A DNA stretch of 64,000 nucleotides, taken from assembly GCA_025201805.1 (NCBI GenBank), contig MU619332.1, forward strand, positions 6,736 to 70,735, given 5' to 3'. This document shows positions 1-16,735 of the stretch, piece after piece. The stretch comes from Parasitella parasitica NRRL 2501 (taxonomy: Eukaryota > Fungi > Mucoromycota). The notes under the pieces were generated by a model, which saw only the letters and a program-made list of their open reading frames with translations, was not told the origin of the DNA and ran no database searches. The position numbers were made by a program, and so were the translations under genes. Numbering within the stretch: the stretch's first letter is position 1; the number at the start of each line of letters is the position of its first letter.

Positions 1-2133
1 CGCTGAGAATGAGTGCACCATCTATTCTCAATTTGGGAACACAGCACGACTCTAATTGTTGGCAACTTGGGTATGTCTCAATACGAATCGATAGCCTTGA
101 TACTGCATATAACACGGATTCAAAAACCATTTTTATTTACCTTCATTTTTGGACAAAGTATATACCACTAAATAAGAGATATAACCTTTTTCACGCTTAA
201 AAACATAATTTGCAATTATTGATATCTTTACAAAATATTAAGCTATGGAAACACTTTTCAGCCAAAATATTTCCCGTTTGAACTATTCTACAACATATCC
301 AATTCGCAAATATTTCTGACCAGCCATGATTCAGATTTTGCTATGTTAGTTTTTGGACCCCACACCTTATATTCGATTTTCAATTTTCAACTTTGGGTCA
401 ACTTTCAGGATTGTTTTGATGTACTAATTTGGGGTCCAAGAAAAGTATACATCCTTTAGTACTAGTACAATAATTGTATTTCATCACGCTCTCCGAATGC
501 CAATATCTATCTTAATCGTCAAGATACTGCCAAAAGCAAGTTTTTGCTGATTTTATATGAAGTTATGCGGATAATGATTGAACAAGATTTGGTTTTAGTA
601 TAAAAAGAGATGCCTTATCTTATGTCTATAAACGTCTGCAGTTGCCTTTTTGGAGTTTATTCAGAAAGTCTTTATCACGTTAAAATAACACGTTTACTAC
701 ACAACATTTCGCTGTGCTCTTTATATTAGGAAAATGGAGATGATTTTCCATATTTAAAGAGAACACATTCTAAATTATACAGGAAAGATGTTCTTTAAAA
801 CAGATTATATATAATCGCAACGGTCGCTTGTCAGACTCAAATTCAGGAACAACTCGATTTGTGTCAATAGTGACAGAAAGCTTTTGGTATGTAGTATACC
901 CGACCTAAAAAGAAAAAGCCTTCTTGTGATGAGAGGTATATTTTTTTGTTGTTTTTGCTCCACTCGATCAATGAACTGAACAAATATTCAGCTTAAGTGT
1001 AAAGACACTGCTAACAACAACCTAGAGCATACTACTTATTATCTATTAGCATTAGAAGTACTGTATGTCATCCACAATTTTTGTTCATACATTAAAACTA
1101 TGCGAAATCGGGCATTTTGGGCTAAAAACAAATTTCGGTTTTTTCCTGTTTTGTCCATTAATTTTTCGATACAATTTACTTTAATCATTGCAAAGTTACA
1201 TAGAGTACCAAATTTTGTATCAATTTGTCGTAGATTATGCTTGGAGACTACTTGTGATAAATTTGGTATCAAATATGCAATTAAAAAGCTTACAAAATGA
1301 TTTTTTTTGGCAGACTGATCCATTTAATACAAAAAAATACACATCCTTTTTTAAATTCAGCTTTGTGCTCAATCAAAGGCTTAGGAGGTATTGCTGGTAA
1401 TTATACCACGATAAATCAGTACTGAACCATCTCTCTTTCAAGAAACCAGCAGTGCTAAAAGATAGATCAGAATTACTATATTATGAATACAATACCAATA
1501 AAAAGCACAAATATGTTAATACCATAGTATTTTCAAAATGATACTGCTGTATGTCGTAAATTTGGCAATTTTGATTTGTTGTACTCGGCAATGTGGAGAC
1601 AAGAGATGTCGATTGTAATGCACCATTCAAATGCTACAATGCATTCAAACTTGGCTGTCATAATTAGAAGTCTAGAGAAGAACTATGCGACTTGAAATAG
1701 CTGTTTTTCCTATTTTGTCATATTTTCATCGAGGCTTTAAATTGAAATAACTTTTCATTCAAGCAACCAATTTTCAAATCATAAAAAGTATCATATCCCA
1801 CAACATCAAGGCTATCTCATTACATAGCTTTGGTACACCAGTTTACAGTTTTTCCCTTAATTTTGTCACTTTATATTGTTTACTGGTTTGCACGCATTTA
1901 CTGTTTACGCGATAATACAGTCACTGTTAGGCGCATTAAAAAATAGCAACCCATCCCACCTTTTTTTTGCTGCTTTTTTACTACTTCTATAAAGCTATTA
2001 TTTTACTATCATATACTCTTATTATACTTGATTATTTACGATACAAACGCGTGTACTTTGTGTTCATTGTTGCTGGTATTATACATTCTACCTCTTTAAT
2101 TCTGGATAAAGTCGATTTTTTTCCTTGAAAACA

Positions 2134-2610
2134 GTAAATATTACCCACATTTTTTGAAAGACCATAACTGACACTTTTATACACGTTTCCTATAGAACCT
2201 ATCACAAGAAAACAATATACAGGATGGCGTGTTTCTAGTGCAGTAGTTCATTCAGGTATTATCATATTTATTATTCTGTTTTTGCAAGTGCTTTTTTACT
2301 AACTGAAAAATCTTTTTTGTTCTACATTTGTAGATTTGGTTCTCTCTTCATGTCAAGTGGATGGCCTATCACTGAAACTTGACATGAGGTCTTTATCCGG
2401 GTCATACAGGAGCATGCAGGCTGTTTCTACTCATCGACTGTGCTTGCCCTAGCAGTTCTTGAGATGGGCCATTTTATCCCAAGCCGTGAAGTGTGGTAAG
2501 GCATTTTTCAGCTATTTAGGGGGGTATTCATTGAAATTTTACCAATTTCTATTTTTGGTCGAATTTCAAGCTCCGCCCTACATCAAAACAGGGGGAAACC
2601 CTGTTTTTTT
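2134..2610 (+). ncRNA. Putative spliced non-coding transcript with hairpins (family unknown)
   Basis: Two intron-like segments: 2134-2195 (GTAAAT..ACTGAC..TAG) and 2256-2333 (GTATTA..TACTAAC..TAG). No substantial ATG-initiated ORF after splicing. Stem TCATGTCAAGT/ACTTGACATGA and a terminal AAAACAGGG-loop-CCCTGTTTT hairpin followed by a T-run. Confidence 0.35.
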
Positions 2611-3595
2611 GTTTTTAGGATTAAGGTGTTTACTTAGCCAAATTAATCGTGCGATTTATAATTTTTCAGCACTTTTTTATGTGTATTTAATTTTTACACG
2701 AAAAATAAAGATAAAAACCATAATAAACACAACTAAAAAAATACATCATAATCTTCCCACTTTATTTGAACATAGACAATTAGCATGACTGAACTTATAT
2801 TGAAACGTAAAGCTGATTCATAACGAACATTTAATGTAGTTTCAATCCATTGTTTATGTAACGATACTTTCATTTATTACTTCATCATCGTCCCATATTA
2901 CCATTCTTTAAATCAGCATTGATGCATCAATAATCCTAAAACCGGGTGTCAAAGAATAAAACATCGGATCATGTAAGAATATGCCATTTGGGATAGATGC
3001 CATCTACCATATCCCCCGAATATCATTTATCCTCGCATCGCTTCCCTCAGTTCGTAAAAACTATATAAGCTTTTTACCTTTGAATAATACGAAAATTTCA
3101 GTGTTTAAGAGGAGGAAACCTTTGATAAACTTTATTTAATGCTTTATTAACAAGCGTGTCTAATATTTTCTAGTTTTATTGCAAACCGCTACAAGAAAAA
3201 ATAGCTTTATGCCTATCTTCTTATCATAATTAAAATGATATTATCCTTATTATTGACCACAAGAAGCTCAATTTCTTGTATGAAGACTTAAATAGAAGGA
3301 TTGCCATCACAGATTATACTATGAAGCATTACTAGTTGACCACAATCTATGCTATTTTATTTCCTTTTAAAGAACAAAGAACAACAATATTGATGCCATA
3401 AACATTTAATAAAATAGCTTTATTAACGGACAAAAAAGAATCTGTTGAATAATAATAATAAAGTAAGCGTATGGTATTTCTCCTATTTGAATATTTTAAT
3501 GTGCTGATTAGCCAGCAAAGAAAGAAGAGGCATTATAAAAATTACAACTGTGGAAGCATATTATTGCTCATAAAAGATAACTTTCATGATTGCCC

Positions 3596-3673
3596 TTATC
3601 TTTTTCGTTTCTTCATGGGCTGCAAAGGATTTTGATGTTTTTGTTCTTGTAATTGATATAACTGTTGTAGTCT

Positions 3674-3718
<45 letters not shown>

Positions 3719-4321
3719 ATGACTATGGTAGCTTTCATTTTGCATTAATCCAATGGGTAGAGGCAAATGATTAACATTCGGTGTAGTCGGTGATACCATA
3801 CTATGATATTGATGGGAGGAAGAGGTGGATGAAGAAGAAGTATGAGGGTGATGGGAAAGATATGATGCAATTTTAGTGGCATCTACCGGCAAAGCTGCTG
3901 GTAGATTGTGTATGGAAGGAAGTCTATTATTATTAATGTAGTTGCTTTTAGTTAAAAAGTTATTGACTGCAATGGGATCTAAATCGTGAACATGTAATTG
4001 GAATTGTAAGATAGTTTTCAACATGTCTTCAATTGCCTTGAGTCTATCTTCAATGGCTTCCAGAGCTATTTTCGAAGGTCCTCCATGATTTCGTTTATCG
4101 TCCGCTTGTGAAGCTGTTGGATAAACACAGGCAGTGCTTGACTTTTGACAATTTCTACATGGTTGTTCTCCATTACACTTTGTTTTTTTACGACGACATT
4201 CTCCACATGCACTCATTATTTTGGCTCGTTTTTTCCGAGGTTCCACCGTTGTTGCGGCTGATGGATTAGCAGCTTCATGGTGTTGTGGTAGTGGTTGTTG
4301 CTGCAATATGTCCTGAGGCAT
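3596..4321 (-). CDS. Zn(II)2Cys6 binuclear cluster transcription factor (short, poly-Q C-terminus)
   Basis: ACGECRRKKTKCNGEQPCRNCQKSSTACVY cluster followed by dimerisation heptads LEAIEDRLKAIEDML; single exon. Confidence 0.93.
3676..3720 (-). repeat. CAA/CAG microsatellite encoding poly-Q
   Basis: (GCTGTT)n on + strand inside the Zn2Cys6 gene. Confidence 0.9.
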
Positions 4322-6949
4322 TTTTTTTATTATGCTGATTAGAGAAACTGAGGGAAGAGTGGGAGATTGAAAGAGGTTAAAGATTAAAAAATTTAAAGGA
4401 AAGGAGGTAGAATTATATTAATAATAATATCAAAAAGAGAGGAGAAGGAGAGGTGAAAGAGAGAAAGAAAGAAGGAGAATAGAGTGAGAAGAGAAAAAAG
4501 AAAGGGAGAAAGGCGGGGAAACCAAAAAGGAATCGGAAAAAGATCAAAGCTTTGTAAGACATCAAAGTGTCCCTATTTCCTTTCATCAAAACAACAACAA
4601 TTAATCAAATGCATTTCAGTAAAGTGTTCTCATTTTCAAAATTATTTTTTCTTATTAAAAATATATTGCTATAATGATGGAAGTGTATTGAGGCAAACCG
4701 TACAAATGGCCCCAAGTGGCTTTCGAAATCACTCATAAGTTTATTGGCAGTATTAAGAACGGAAAACAGACAACAGCAAGCAAGCTGCATTCGAAAATCC
4801 ATCATTATTCATCTAAATATCCTATCGAAAAGCCGTCTTACTACTAGATAGATAAGAGTATCAATACATCGCGCTGGTAACAAAGACTGAGTGTTGCGCA
4901 AAAATTGAAAACTGTATAACTGTTAATCTAACCGTTATTCCGTAAATGCCAAACCACATTATGTTATCAATTAACCTTCCTTGCAACCAACAAAAGGTAC
5001 CATGTAACACACACAAACCTGCATGTTGCTATTCAACAAGCTCTTTCTAAAAAAAAAATATATCTGTATCCTTGTTTCACCCTTACATATTTTGACAAGC
5101 ATTTTAGAGTATTGTATCGATAAAACAAGTTATACTTCGGGTGAAGTCAAATTGCCCAGAAAAAGGAGAAAAATTTATTTATCTTATATACTAATAATGT
5201 TAATAAAAGTTTTATGCCTTATTTTCATTGATTTATAGAAATCTTAGTTGATCCGACATCATTTATGGGTGCAGTGCCATATAAACTAAGAGACTATTAC
5301 AAAATATAGCCTAGCATTCAAAGCAAATGTTTAGTGAAGCTATTTGTTAAGGTTTTAGCTTTTAATGTAAATGGTGGCATATGCGATTGATTATAAGAAG
5401 AGTGATCGACGATATTTATACAACGAGCCTTTAATACACAAGTGCCATCACATAGTGTAATATGTATATGAGTATTCTTTCTCTTCTTGTTCGAAATCTT
5501 TTTGCTCACTGTTTTTTTGTTTGCCGCATATCTACAGGCAAAATATACTGATCCATGTCAATTGTCTTGATATTTGCTTTTCTTTCGTCCGTTTTTAATG
5601 ATTCGCATACTTTTAGTAGGTGTTCTACTGTACTTGACAATTTTGTTTTAAAGCAAAAGCGATTTTAACTAGTTTCAAATACCTCAATCAAATCATAGCC
5701 ATTCAATAAAGATTTGATTACACCGCCCTTTAACTCACGCTATATATTTGAATTACAAGATACTTTTAGTAATTTACGCATTCTATCAATATAGTTTGTT
5801 TTGTAAATTATCAATGGGCCAAATAATACGTGCCACGAAGGTTTTGATGTTAGCTGCAGGCAGGTATGGCACACACCTCAATACAGTGTTTAAATAAGCT
5901 TTTGCAGCGAGAGCAGAATTGAGGTAATCCTTGTACAATTTTAAGGAATTTTTTGATGATTGGCAAGTGAGCTCTCCTACATAAGCAACCTCTATCGTTA
6001 TTCAAAAAAGCAGGCTGTAATTTAACACTGGACGCAGCGCTGATTGTCATCAAAGAAAAACCCAATAGTCGGGCCCCAGAATATAACGAGATATGGCATT
6101 TCTGAAAAACGCTCTTGTTAAGTGTCAAGTACTCTATGGCCTGCATTACATGGTGTTATAACTAACATGCGCACATATATTATTCTCGTCGCTCTTTTAT
6201 AATCGAAAGCTTTGATCTTAGACAATTTTACACCGTTTATCGCTTTTATAGCATTACCTATTGAGCGCATTACGACATTAGGTTCACAATATGTATTCAC
6301 ACTTTCAGTCCTTCAATTTCATATTATTTCTAGTCGATAAAGCTCTTTCGCTTAAAGTTACTCCTTAAGCCAACAAGAAGAATGTAATCAGAAGAGTTTA
6401 TTTTTCTCTTTTACTTAGGTTGAACTCTTTGCACAGAAATTGTTCACGGTAGTTTGCATCGCTGACATTCCATTCGTAATTTAAGTTGTCTTCTGCATTC
6501 ATCAATAAATGCTAGTATTTCATTAATTACTCAATAAATCACTAATAAAAGTTTAGCGATAGCAAGCTAAACAACTATGACAATAGCTCTGTCAATACAG
6601 CAATTATCAATTTATCTTTTGGTACATATTTTACTACAAGAGGTGTTTTGATCTCTTACTAACGTTTATTTTTTCAAATATTTAAATGGGTTTGCCGCTG
6701 CTAGTTAGTATGCCGTGAGTATTTCTAGGCAAAGTTTGCGATCATTATAGCATATTGTATCAGACAACGTGAGACAATCGATTGATAATATCCCCCTCCC
6801 TTTTTTCATGGCTTGCGCGGCTCTGAGTTGGCGATTTGAAAAGTGGATATTGCCAGACATTTAGTGTCCATCACAATTCATAATGGGTCTTGCTTTTTTA
6901 AGTCATGAATCGTAACCAAACTACAATATCAGTGATATTGATAAAAGAA

Positions 6950-7201
6950 TACTGATATCGTCAGCTAAAGCAACACACATCTTCAAGCCTAATTATACTG
7001 AGGCTTTTCATAACAAAGTTGGAAACTCATGTTAAATTTGCAGAAGAATGGTTACATAAAGATGTGAATTCAATTGTAATGAAGAATAAAAGTGCCGTAC
7101 AGATTACAGCAGTACAATCAATGTTTATACATGTGCAAATTGCACGGTTATTTCCGTGGTTCATCACATGGTATGCAGATAAAATACGGGGCTATATTTA
7201 A
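6950..7201 (+). pseudogene. Possible Tc1/mariner (IS630-like) transposase relic
   Basis: Fragment HVKFAEEWLHKDVNSIVMKNKSAVQI resembles the RLxFA..W....V.FSDES.F region preceding the first catalytic Asp; heavily degraded, no TIRs found. Confidence 0.25.
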
Positions 7202-7279
7202 TTGATATCTCAACTATCAAGAGAACGTAATATATCCAACATTTCTTAAATAAAATGACATGCTCTTACCTCTTTTTTA

Positions 7280-10488
<3,209 letters not shown>

Positions 10489-10553
10489 GTTTGCCTAATT
10501 CTGCATTACAAGTTCCATTTTTCACGTCTTTTCTTTCTCTTCTCGATTCTAAA

Positions 10554-11188
10554 ATGATCACAGATCCAATTCTAAAAAATAAAATTATTGTGATTCATGG
10601 TATCATGATGGCATTTGTGTGGCTATTCGCTGTGCCGGGGGCGATCCTACTAAGCATGTACGCAAGAAAAAAAAAGAAGCCCTGGGGACCAAAAGCACAC
10701 ATGTTGATCATGGCATCAGCAGCATTTTTGCCGTACACCGTTTCCGCCATGTTGGCATTTACAGTTGCAGGTCAAATTAAACCCAAGCCTCACTCAGTAA
10801 GTGTAGCATACCATAATTAAAATTCAACATTTTAACAGCTTGTGAAAAGAGCATTGGCACTGCCTTATCTTTAGGTTTGTGGTGTCAAGTGATATTAGGA
10901 GCAGTCAATCATGCTGTTTTCAAATATAGACTGAAAAATAATTGCTTGCCAGATAAACGACCATGGAATAATCATGTTCATATTTGGTTTGGGTCTACTT
11001 TATCCGTTTTGGCATTGATCAATATACCATTGGGCATGAAGATTAAAAGAGCACCCCTAGCAATGTATATTATATATGCTATATGGGTCACCCTATTGGC
11101 TATAGTCTACATGTATTTAACTTGGATGAAGGAGACTCGAGTACCTGTAGAATACAAAGCACATAAAATAGTTGATGAAACCAAATAA
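10554..11188 (+). CDS. Cytochrome b561-domain membrane protein (2 exons)
   Basis: Multiple TM helices with putative heme-ligating His in HGIMM, AHMLI, PHS.IG and VHIWFG; intron ~10797-10850. Confidence 0.8.
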
Positions 11189-11322
11189 ATATAGTAAACC
11201 CTGTGTCCAAATGTAAATGGCCAAGTAATCAAGAATCAATTGAAAGCCAGTTTTTATTATACCGTATAAGTAATGGATTACAATCAACATTCTTTTGTTT
11301 CTTTCTTTTCAAACAGCAAAAA

Positions 11323-12314
11323 ATGACAACTGTATTGACGGAAACTACTAACCAACCAGTATTGCAACTGAATACAAAGTACATTTCAAAAATAAACACT
11401 ATAGAGACAGCATCAGAAATATCAAAAAGAACCAGGGCGGACAACGTCAAACATAGTAACAGTGCATTTTCACATGTTTTTTATACTGTGATTCTCTATA
11501 CATTACATTTTCTGTACATTTCATTCATTGCTTTCAAATCATTACACTCATACCTCGAAAATCTGCTGTTAATCACGCATCACAATCAGCACGATATCCA
11601 CCAGCGTATTCAATTCGATAAAACTCAACTAACAAAGATCCCAGAGCACCTCACAATAGCTGTCTCACGGGAATTATCAAACACTAGATCAGATAAAGAC
11701 TGGAAAAAATTGATGTATGATGTATCCATGGCAACGTGCTGGGCCTGGGATTTTGGCGTAAAGGAAGTATCCGTATATGATGCATCTGGTGTCATCAAAT
11801 CAATGTCAATTGATTTGCACAAACAGCAATCCACCATACTACATGATTACATGGTCAAGTATAACAAAGGAGAAAAAAAGAGACCATCAAGTATGCTATT
11901 TTTTGTTTTTCCTTTTCTGACAACTATTAACTGATTACAGTGGTAAAATTCTCTATTTTATCCATTGAAAATGGCAAATCATACGTGGGACAAGTAGCAC
12001 AACAAATGGCAAAGGATAACCATGGTCAAATTGATATTAAATTAGTCGATAAATACATGCACAGTAAGGGTAGTTGCCGAGATACACTTTTTTTGTCTTA
12101 ATTAATTATTTTAGTGAACTCTGTGTCTGATCCTGACTTGATGATACTGTACGACGGCCTTCCACATAATTACGTTTCATTGGATGGTTATCCTCCTTGG
12201 CATATCCGTTTAACTGAAATTGCAAATTGCTCTGATTATCATGCTTTGAATTACCACTTGTTTTCCAAATGTTTATATAGATTTTCAAAAGTACAACAAC
12301 GATTTGGTCATTAA
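11323..12314 (+). CDS. NUS1: Dehydrodolichyl diphosphate synthase subunit NUS1 (Nogo-B receptor homolog), multi-exon
   Basis: LTKIPEHL, CWAWDFGVKEVSVYDASG, DPDLMILY..LDGYPPWHIRLTEI and C-terminal QRFG motif. Confidence 0.92.
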
Positions 12315-12319
12315 ATAGT

Positions 12320-13933
12320 TTATCTCTTTTTATTACTATTGGCGCTGCCGCCGCTGTTAATGTTATTGTCAAATAATAAACCGCCAATGAGTTTGTTCAG
12401 CGATTTCTTTTCTTTCACAGGTGGTTGTTCCTGAAATGAACCTGATCTACTTGGCGTGTATTTTGTGCCATCAGAAAAATCATTTGTGAGGAATCGAAGA
12501 CCTCGAAGATAATTTGAGAAATGATTGCAATTCCCGCATGTGCAATATTCTTTATCTCGCTCACTTTTCCTGTTGTGATATTGATTGACCAGACAGAAAT
12601 TACACTGTGCTGGCGAATGTTTGTGTTGGGACGAGTTTTGGCATAAGACACAGGAGCAAGTACCATGGCCTTTGGTAGTTCGGTGTTCGTCATAACTTTT
12701 GTATAAATGCAAAGAGTTTGTTTGAAAGTAAATGGTTGCTTGTTGTATATCAAACAGAAATCTGTCTCCTAACTGCTTGCTACTAAAGTGCAACGGTGGA
12801 AGTAGTTTGCTTACAAGCGTACAGGGAAGAGCTGGATTGGAGCTGTCAGTGGATGGTGATGTACTAGTATTGTTTGAGTGTTTCGGTGATGGCGGTGGGA
12901 ATACATAGAATTTTGCAAGATAGTTGCAGGCAACAACAAATTCATCAGAGCATAAATGGTTTGGGAAAAATTGCTGAAATAAAGCTGTATAATTCAACTT
13001 CATTCTTTGAAATGCTGCTTCATCCCCACCATCAAAACATTTTTCTGCTCTTTTTTTCAGTTCCTTCTCCCATGATGTACCCGTAAGCATTTTGCATACA
13101 TGATTTATATCATTGCGTAGCTGTTGACTATCGTTTTTGATTATCTCACACAACTTGTCCAGACTTTGTCTCCATGTATCGTCAGTTGGCTTTAGTAATT
13201 TACTAGTAATTGAGGCCAAGTTTTCGCTTAATTGTGGTAGATCAACTTGGGGAGCTTGCTCGCACTTCACCTCGTTTTCCAGCTGTTGCAACTTTTGAGT
13301 AATCTGATTGCACGTATCCTCGATCCAAGCCGCATCGTCTTTAAGAATTTCCAACTCTTTATTCGCTGCATCTGTCTTTTCGGATTCCTTTTTTATTCTT
13401 TGTGAATAGCCTTCATTTATGTTTTTACTGATTTGGTCTAATATACTATGGAGGGCCTCCAATTCGTGGACATTTGATAGTTGAGTCGTGTCAAGATTAA
13501 TGCCTGCTTCTGTGGCCATTTGAGCAACATATCCTTCCAATTGTGTGGTATCAAAGTTGTTTAATTGCGTTTTGCCATCAGCAACAGATGGTGTATCCAA
13601 AGACCTTTCATCAGCATCAGTATCTTGTAGACCTGCACGTAGACACGCACACACAACATTTGAAGAAAGTTTTTAGCCATGTACAGCAAAATTTTATACA
13701 ACTTCTTGAATTTTTTTACCATTATTGATGCGTATTGACTTTCTAACCTCGGCAGGATACGAGGATGGACTTGGACTGAGCATTACGAAGCTTTTTGGGC
13801 GTGGTTTGACTCCCAAGTTATTAACCTCAGTTTCTTGTTGAATGCAGTCAGAGTCTCGGGATTTTGTTAAAGATTCTAGCCTCTCTGTAGATTTCCAAGC
13901 TGATTTGGATAGCTTTTCAAAAGCATTACTCAA
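12320..13933 (-). CDS. Hypothetical coiled-coil protein with C-terminal Cys/His cluster; 5' end uncertain (near assembly gap)
   Basis: 444-aa ORF joined to an upstream exon by a GTATAA..GTGCAG intron (~13633-13699); no clear ATG identified before the N gap. Confidence 0.7.
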
Positions 13934-14050
13934 TTCCTTTTTTTTCTTTTTGTTCTGGTAACCTGTTTTTTTACGTAAAATTCAGCATGGATTCATGTAA
14001 ATATTGGTTAAAGTTTGTAAAATATACCAGAGAACATAAAATCTAATAAT

Positions 14051-14060
14051 NNNNNNNNNN
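14051..14060. other. Assembly gap (10 N)
   Basis: nnnnnnnnnn followed by an A-run. Confidence 1.
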
Positions 14061-14789
14061 AAAAAAAAAAAAAGAAAAGATCCACCTAAACAGTTTAAAT
14101 AAACCTTTGTTACATTTTTGCCGAGCCACACTTGTTGCCAAGTTACATTTCTTCTAGATCCGGATTAGCTGATAAAGTACAAGCGCGTTGCTCTTTACTC
14201 CCTGGTATTGTACAGTGTGATGGTGCACTGGGGATATATAAATGTTTGAAGTTATAATAGTATAAACAGGGTACCTCATACATTCAGGGATAAGGAGGTG
14301 AGTTCAATTGAGGAAGCATAGCTTAGCCTGCATAATCTGCTGAAAAGAAATACACACTTGAGCTTCAAGTGATTCACGAATCGCTGTTTGGCTACAACAA
14401 AGAATTAAGAGAGCAAAAGCGTGCCTGGGTTGTGCAACAGGTTGCACTTTTTGTTCGAGTACCGATCCGCGCAAAGAGCCATTTGATTCATGTTAATTAA
14501 TTACAACATTCGAAGTGTTTGTTCAGTAACAGGTTGCCTCAATAAGCGAATCAACAGAGCAGAATGCCCTTTATTATTTTTATCTTTACAGATTTTCTGT
14601 CAAGGCAGACGAGAGACGAGAAACAAAATCCTTCAACAAGGTTTGAAGAGAAGTAATCGGGAGACATAGCTTATCAGTTTTAAACGGATGTTTAAATGAA
14701 CTTTTTTGTCATATAATATAACAGACACATCTTTGTCAAACATTATTCCCTCTTTTCTCTTTCTTTTCTTCGTTCATTCTTTAATTGCC

Positions 14790-15660
14790 ATGTCGGCAGA
14801 ACTAAAATCGCCTCAAGATCGCCCGTTATTATACTCAAAAGAGCGCCTTTTAAAACTATATGGCGTAGATCTTTTTGCGGCTGTTGCATCTGCTGCCATG
14901 GTTTCCCCTTTTATCGCTGTAGTGGACAGGTAAATCAAGAAGATTAAGAAATAGATATATTTTCTTGACTTACACCGTGAGCATTGTATGCAGATCGATT
15001 ATAGAAAACTTGAATGGAAAGCGCAATTTAATAGATGGCCTGAAATTCGGTCTTCGATCATTTTTTTCGAAACCCCTCCAATTCACAACATCCAGACAAT
15101 TTGGTATCGTACTTGGTCTCTATTCTTCGACTTACCTTACAGCCAACGTCGTGGACACAACCTGCGAACAATACTCGGTGGATCCGTCCAAGACTTCTTT
15201 GTATAAATTCGCTGCCACCAGCTTTATAAATATATTTCTTTGTGTATACAAAGACAAGGTCTTTGCTAGCATGTTTGGTGTGTCTGTCAGCAAGTCTCTC
15301 CCAAAACTAAGCTATCTGTTGTTTGCAGCTAGAGATTCGCTCACGATTGCAGCAAGCTTTACTGCTCCAAGTTATATTGCTAATGCTCTGCAAGACAGTT
15401 CTATTATATCAACCGAAAAGTCTGCAAATGTGGTTGCCCAACTAGTGTGTCCTGCTGCAGTTCAATTGGCAAGTACACCTGTACATCTATACGCTCTTGA
15501 TCTGTATAATAGACCCACTGTTTCGATGGCCCTGAGGGGCCAATTGATCAAAAAGGAATACGTTAAGAGTACTTTTGCTAGAATTGGACGTATCGGTCCT
15601 GCTTTCGGAATTGGAGGCGTGGGAAATACTTTCTTAAGAAGCTATCGACATCAAGTCTAA
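14790..15660 (+). CDS. Uncharacterised multi-pass membrane protein, mitochondrial-carrier-like (2 exons)
   Basis: SPFIAVVDR|SIIEN, FAARDSLTIAASF, QLASTPVHLYALDLYNRP, RIGPAFGIGGVGN; intron 14930-14993. Confidence 0.75.
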
Positions 15661-16735
15661 CATTTGATATGCAATCGCTGCATATATCATAAATTAAGAC
15701 TTATTAAACGGCTCTTTGAATTCCTTTGTTTTTTTTCATGCATCCTTTAAATGACATTTATGACCGTATTTCAATAAAACATTTTACTGCTACTATTATT
15801 CAGCCAAAAAGTAAGTACTTTTGCAGACTAGTTCTGATATATGCGTCGCCCAGTGGAGATAATGTATGTATAAGATGCCCTGATTGTGGAAGTATCAGAA
15901 AAGTATAGATCATGGCTTGTTTTGTTCTTAACGCAAAGTTATGGGTCTTTATGCGCTTTTTTTTTGTTAGAAAGTTAGTGTTTTTACCTAGCCCATGCAT
16001 TGGGAGAAAGGACATGTGTCAAATGAGCTGAGGCTGATGATTCCAGCATGTCTAATTTTGGATAATAAGCGTTGCCTTTACGATAGCAAAAACTTATGGG
16101 CCAAAAGAACTTGTACGCATTACCAGTACTCCTAAATACAGTTTCTGTGTAAAAAGGGCGATGTTGTCAATCCAAAATAGTCAGCAAAAAGTAACGATTG
16201 TCGGTGTAAGATACTCAATATACGTTCCATAACTTTGCAGAGGGTGTAAAGCTGCAATCAGTCTATCTTTTGTAGATAAATCAACATTCAATTCGCCGCA
16301 ATTCATATATTGATCTTATCCCTAAAAACCTTCTCTTTCGACGAAAAGCTACCCCACTGGTAGTTCTCTCAAAGTATAAAAGTTAATTTAAGAAAAGATG
16401 AAGGAAGATGACGTTAGGATTTTAAATGGTGTAAGACGGTTTTTAATTGCCATTGCTCATATTCCACCAAAATTCAGAATATAAGGCTCTTTTTACAATG
16501 GCTTTTACGCAAAATTTAATATCTTTTGTTTTTCTTCGCTCAATTTTAAGCGCATGTCAGCGTAGTTCATTAAGCAGGTGGCGATTTTTGATGTATCCCC
16601 AGACATGTTAGTTTTTCATTTCACTTTCGATTAACGCAAGTTTATCATTCAAAAATGTCAAAAAAAATGAAATTACTGGAAAAATCGCTTTTTGTCTATG
16701 AAAAAGATGTTTATTATTTTGCAATTATATATAGT

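Noticed and set aside
353-439. 10-bp inverted repeat TTGGACCCCA/TGGGGTCCAA as a MITE
   Set aside because: Too short, no TSD or second copy in the window
2350-2499. Selenoprotein or readthrough ORF (MSSGWPITET*HEVF..)
   Set aside because: No redox motif around the TGA, no recognisable SECIS, no similarity to known selenoprotein families
2134-2610. Telomerase RNA, U3 or snRNA identity for the spliced locus
   Set aside because: No telomeric template, box A/C/D or known snRNA 5' sequence recognised
15726-15908. CPDCG zinc ribbon as a TnpB/Fanzor remnant
   Set aside because: No RuvC motifs or downstream RDxNA motif; short ORF without ATG context
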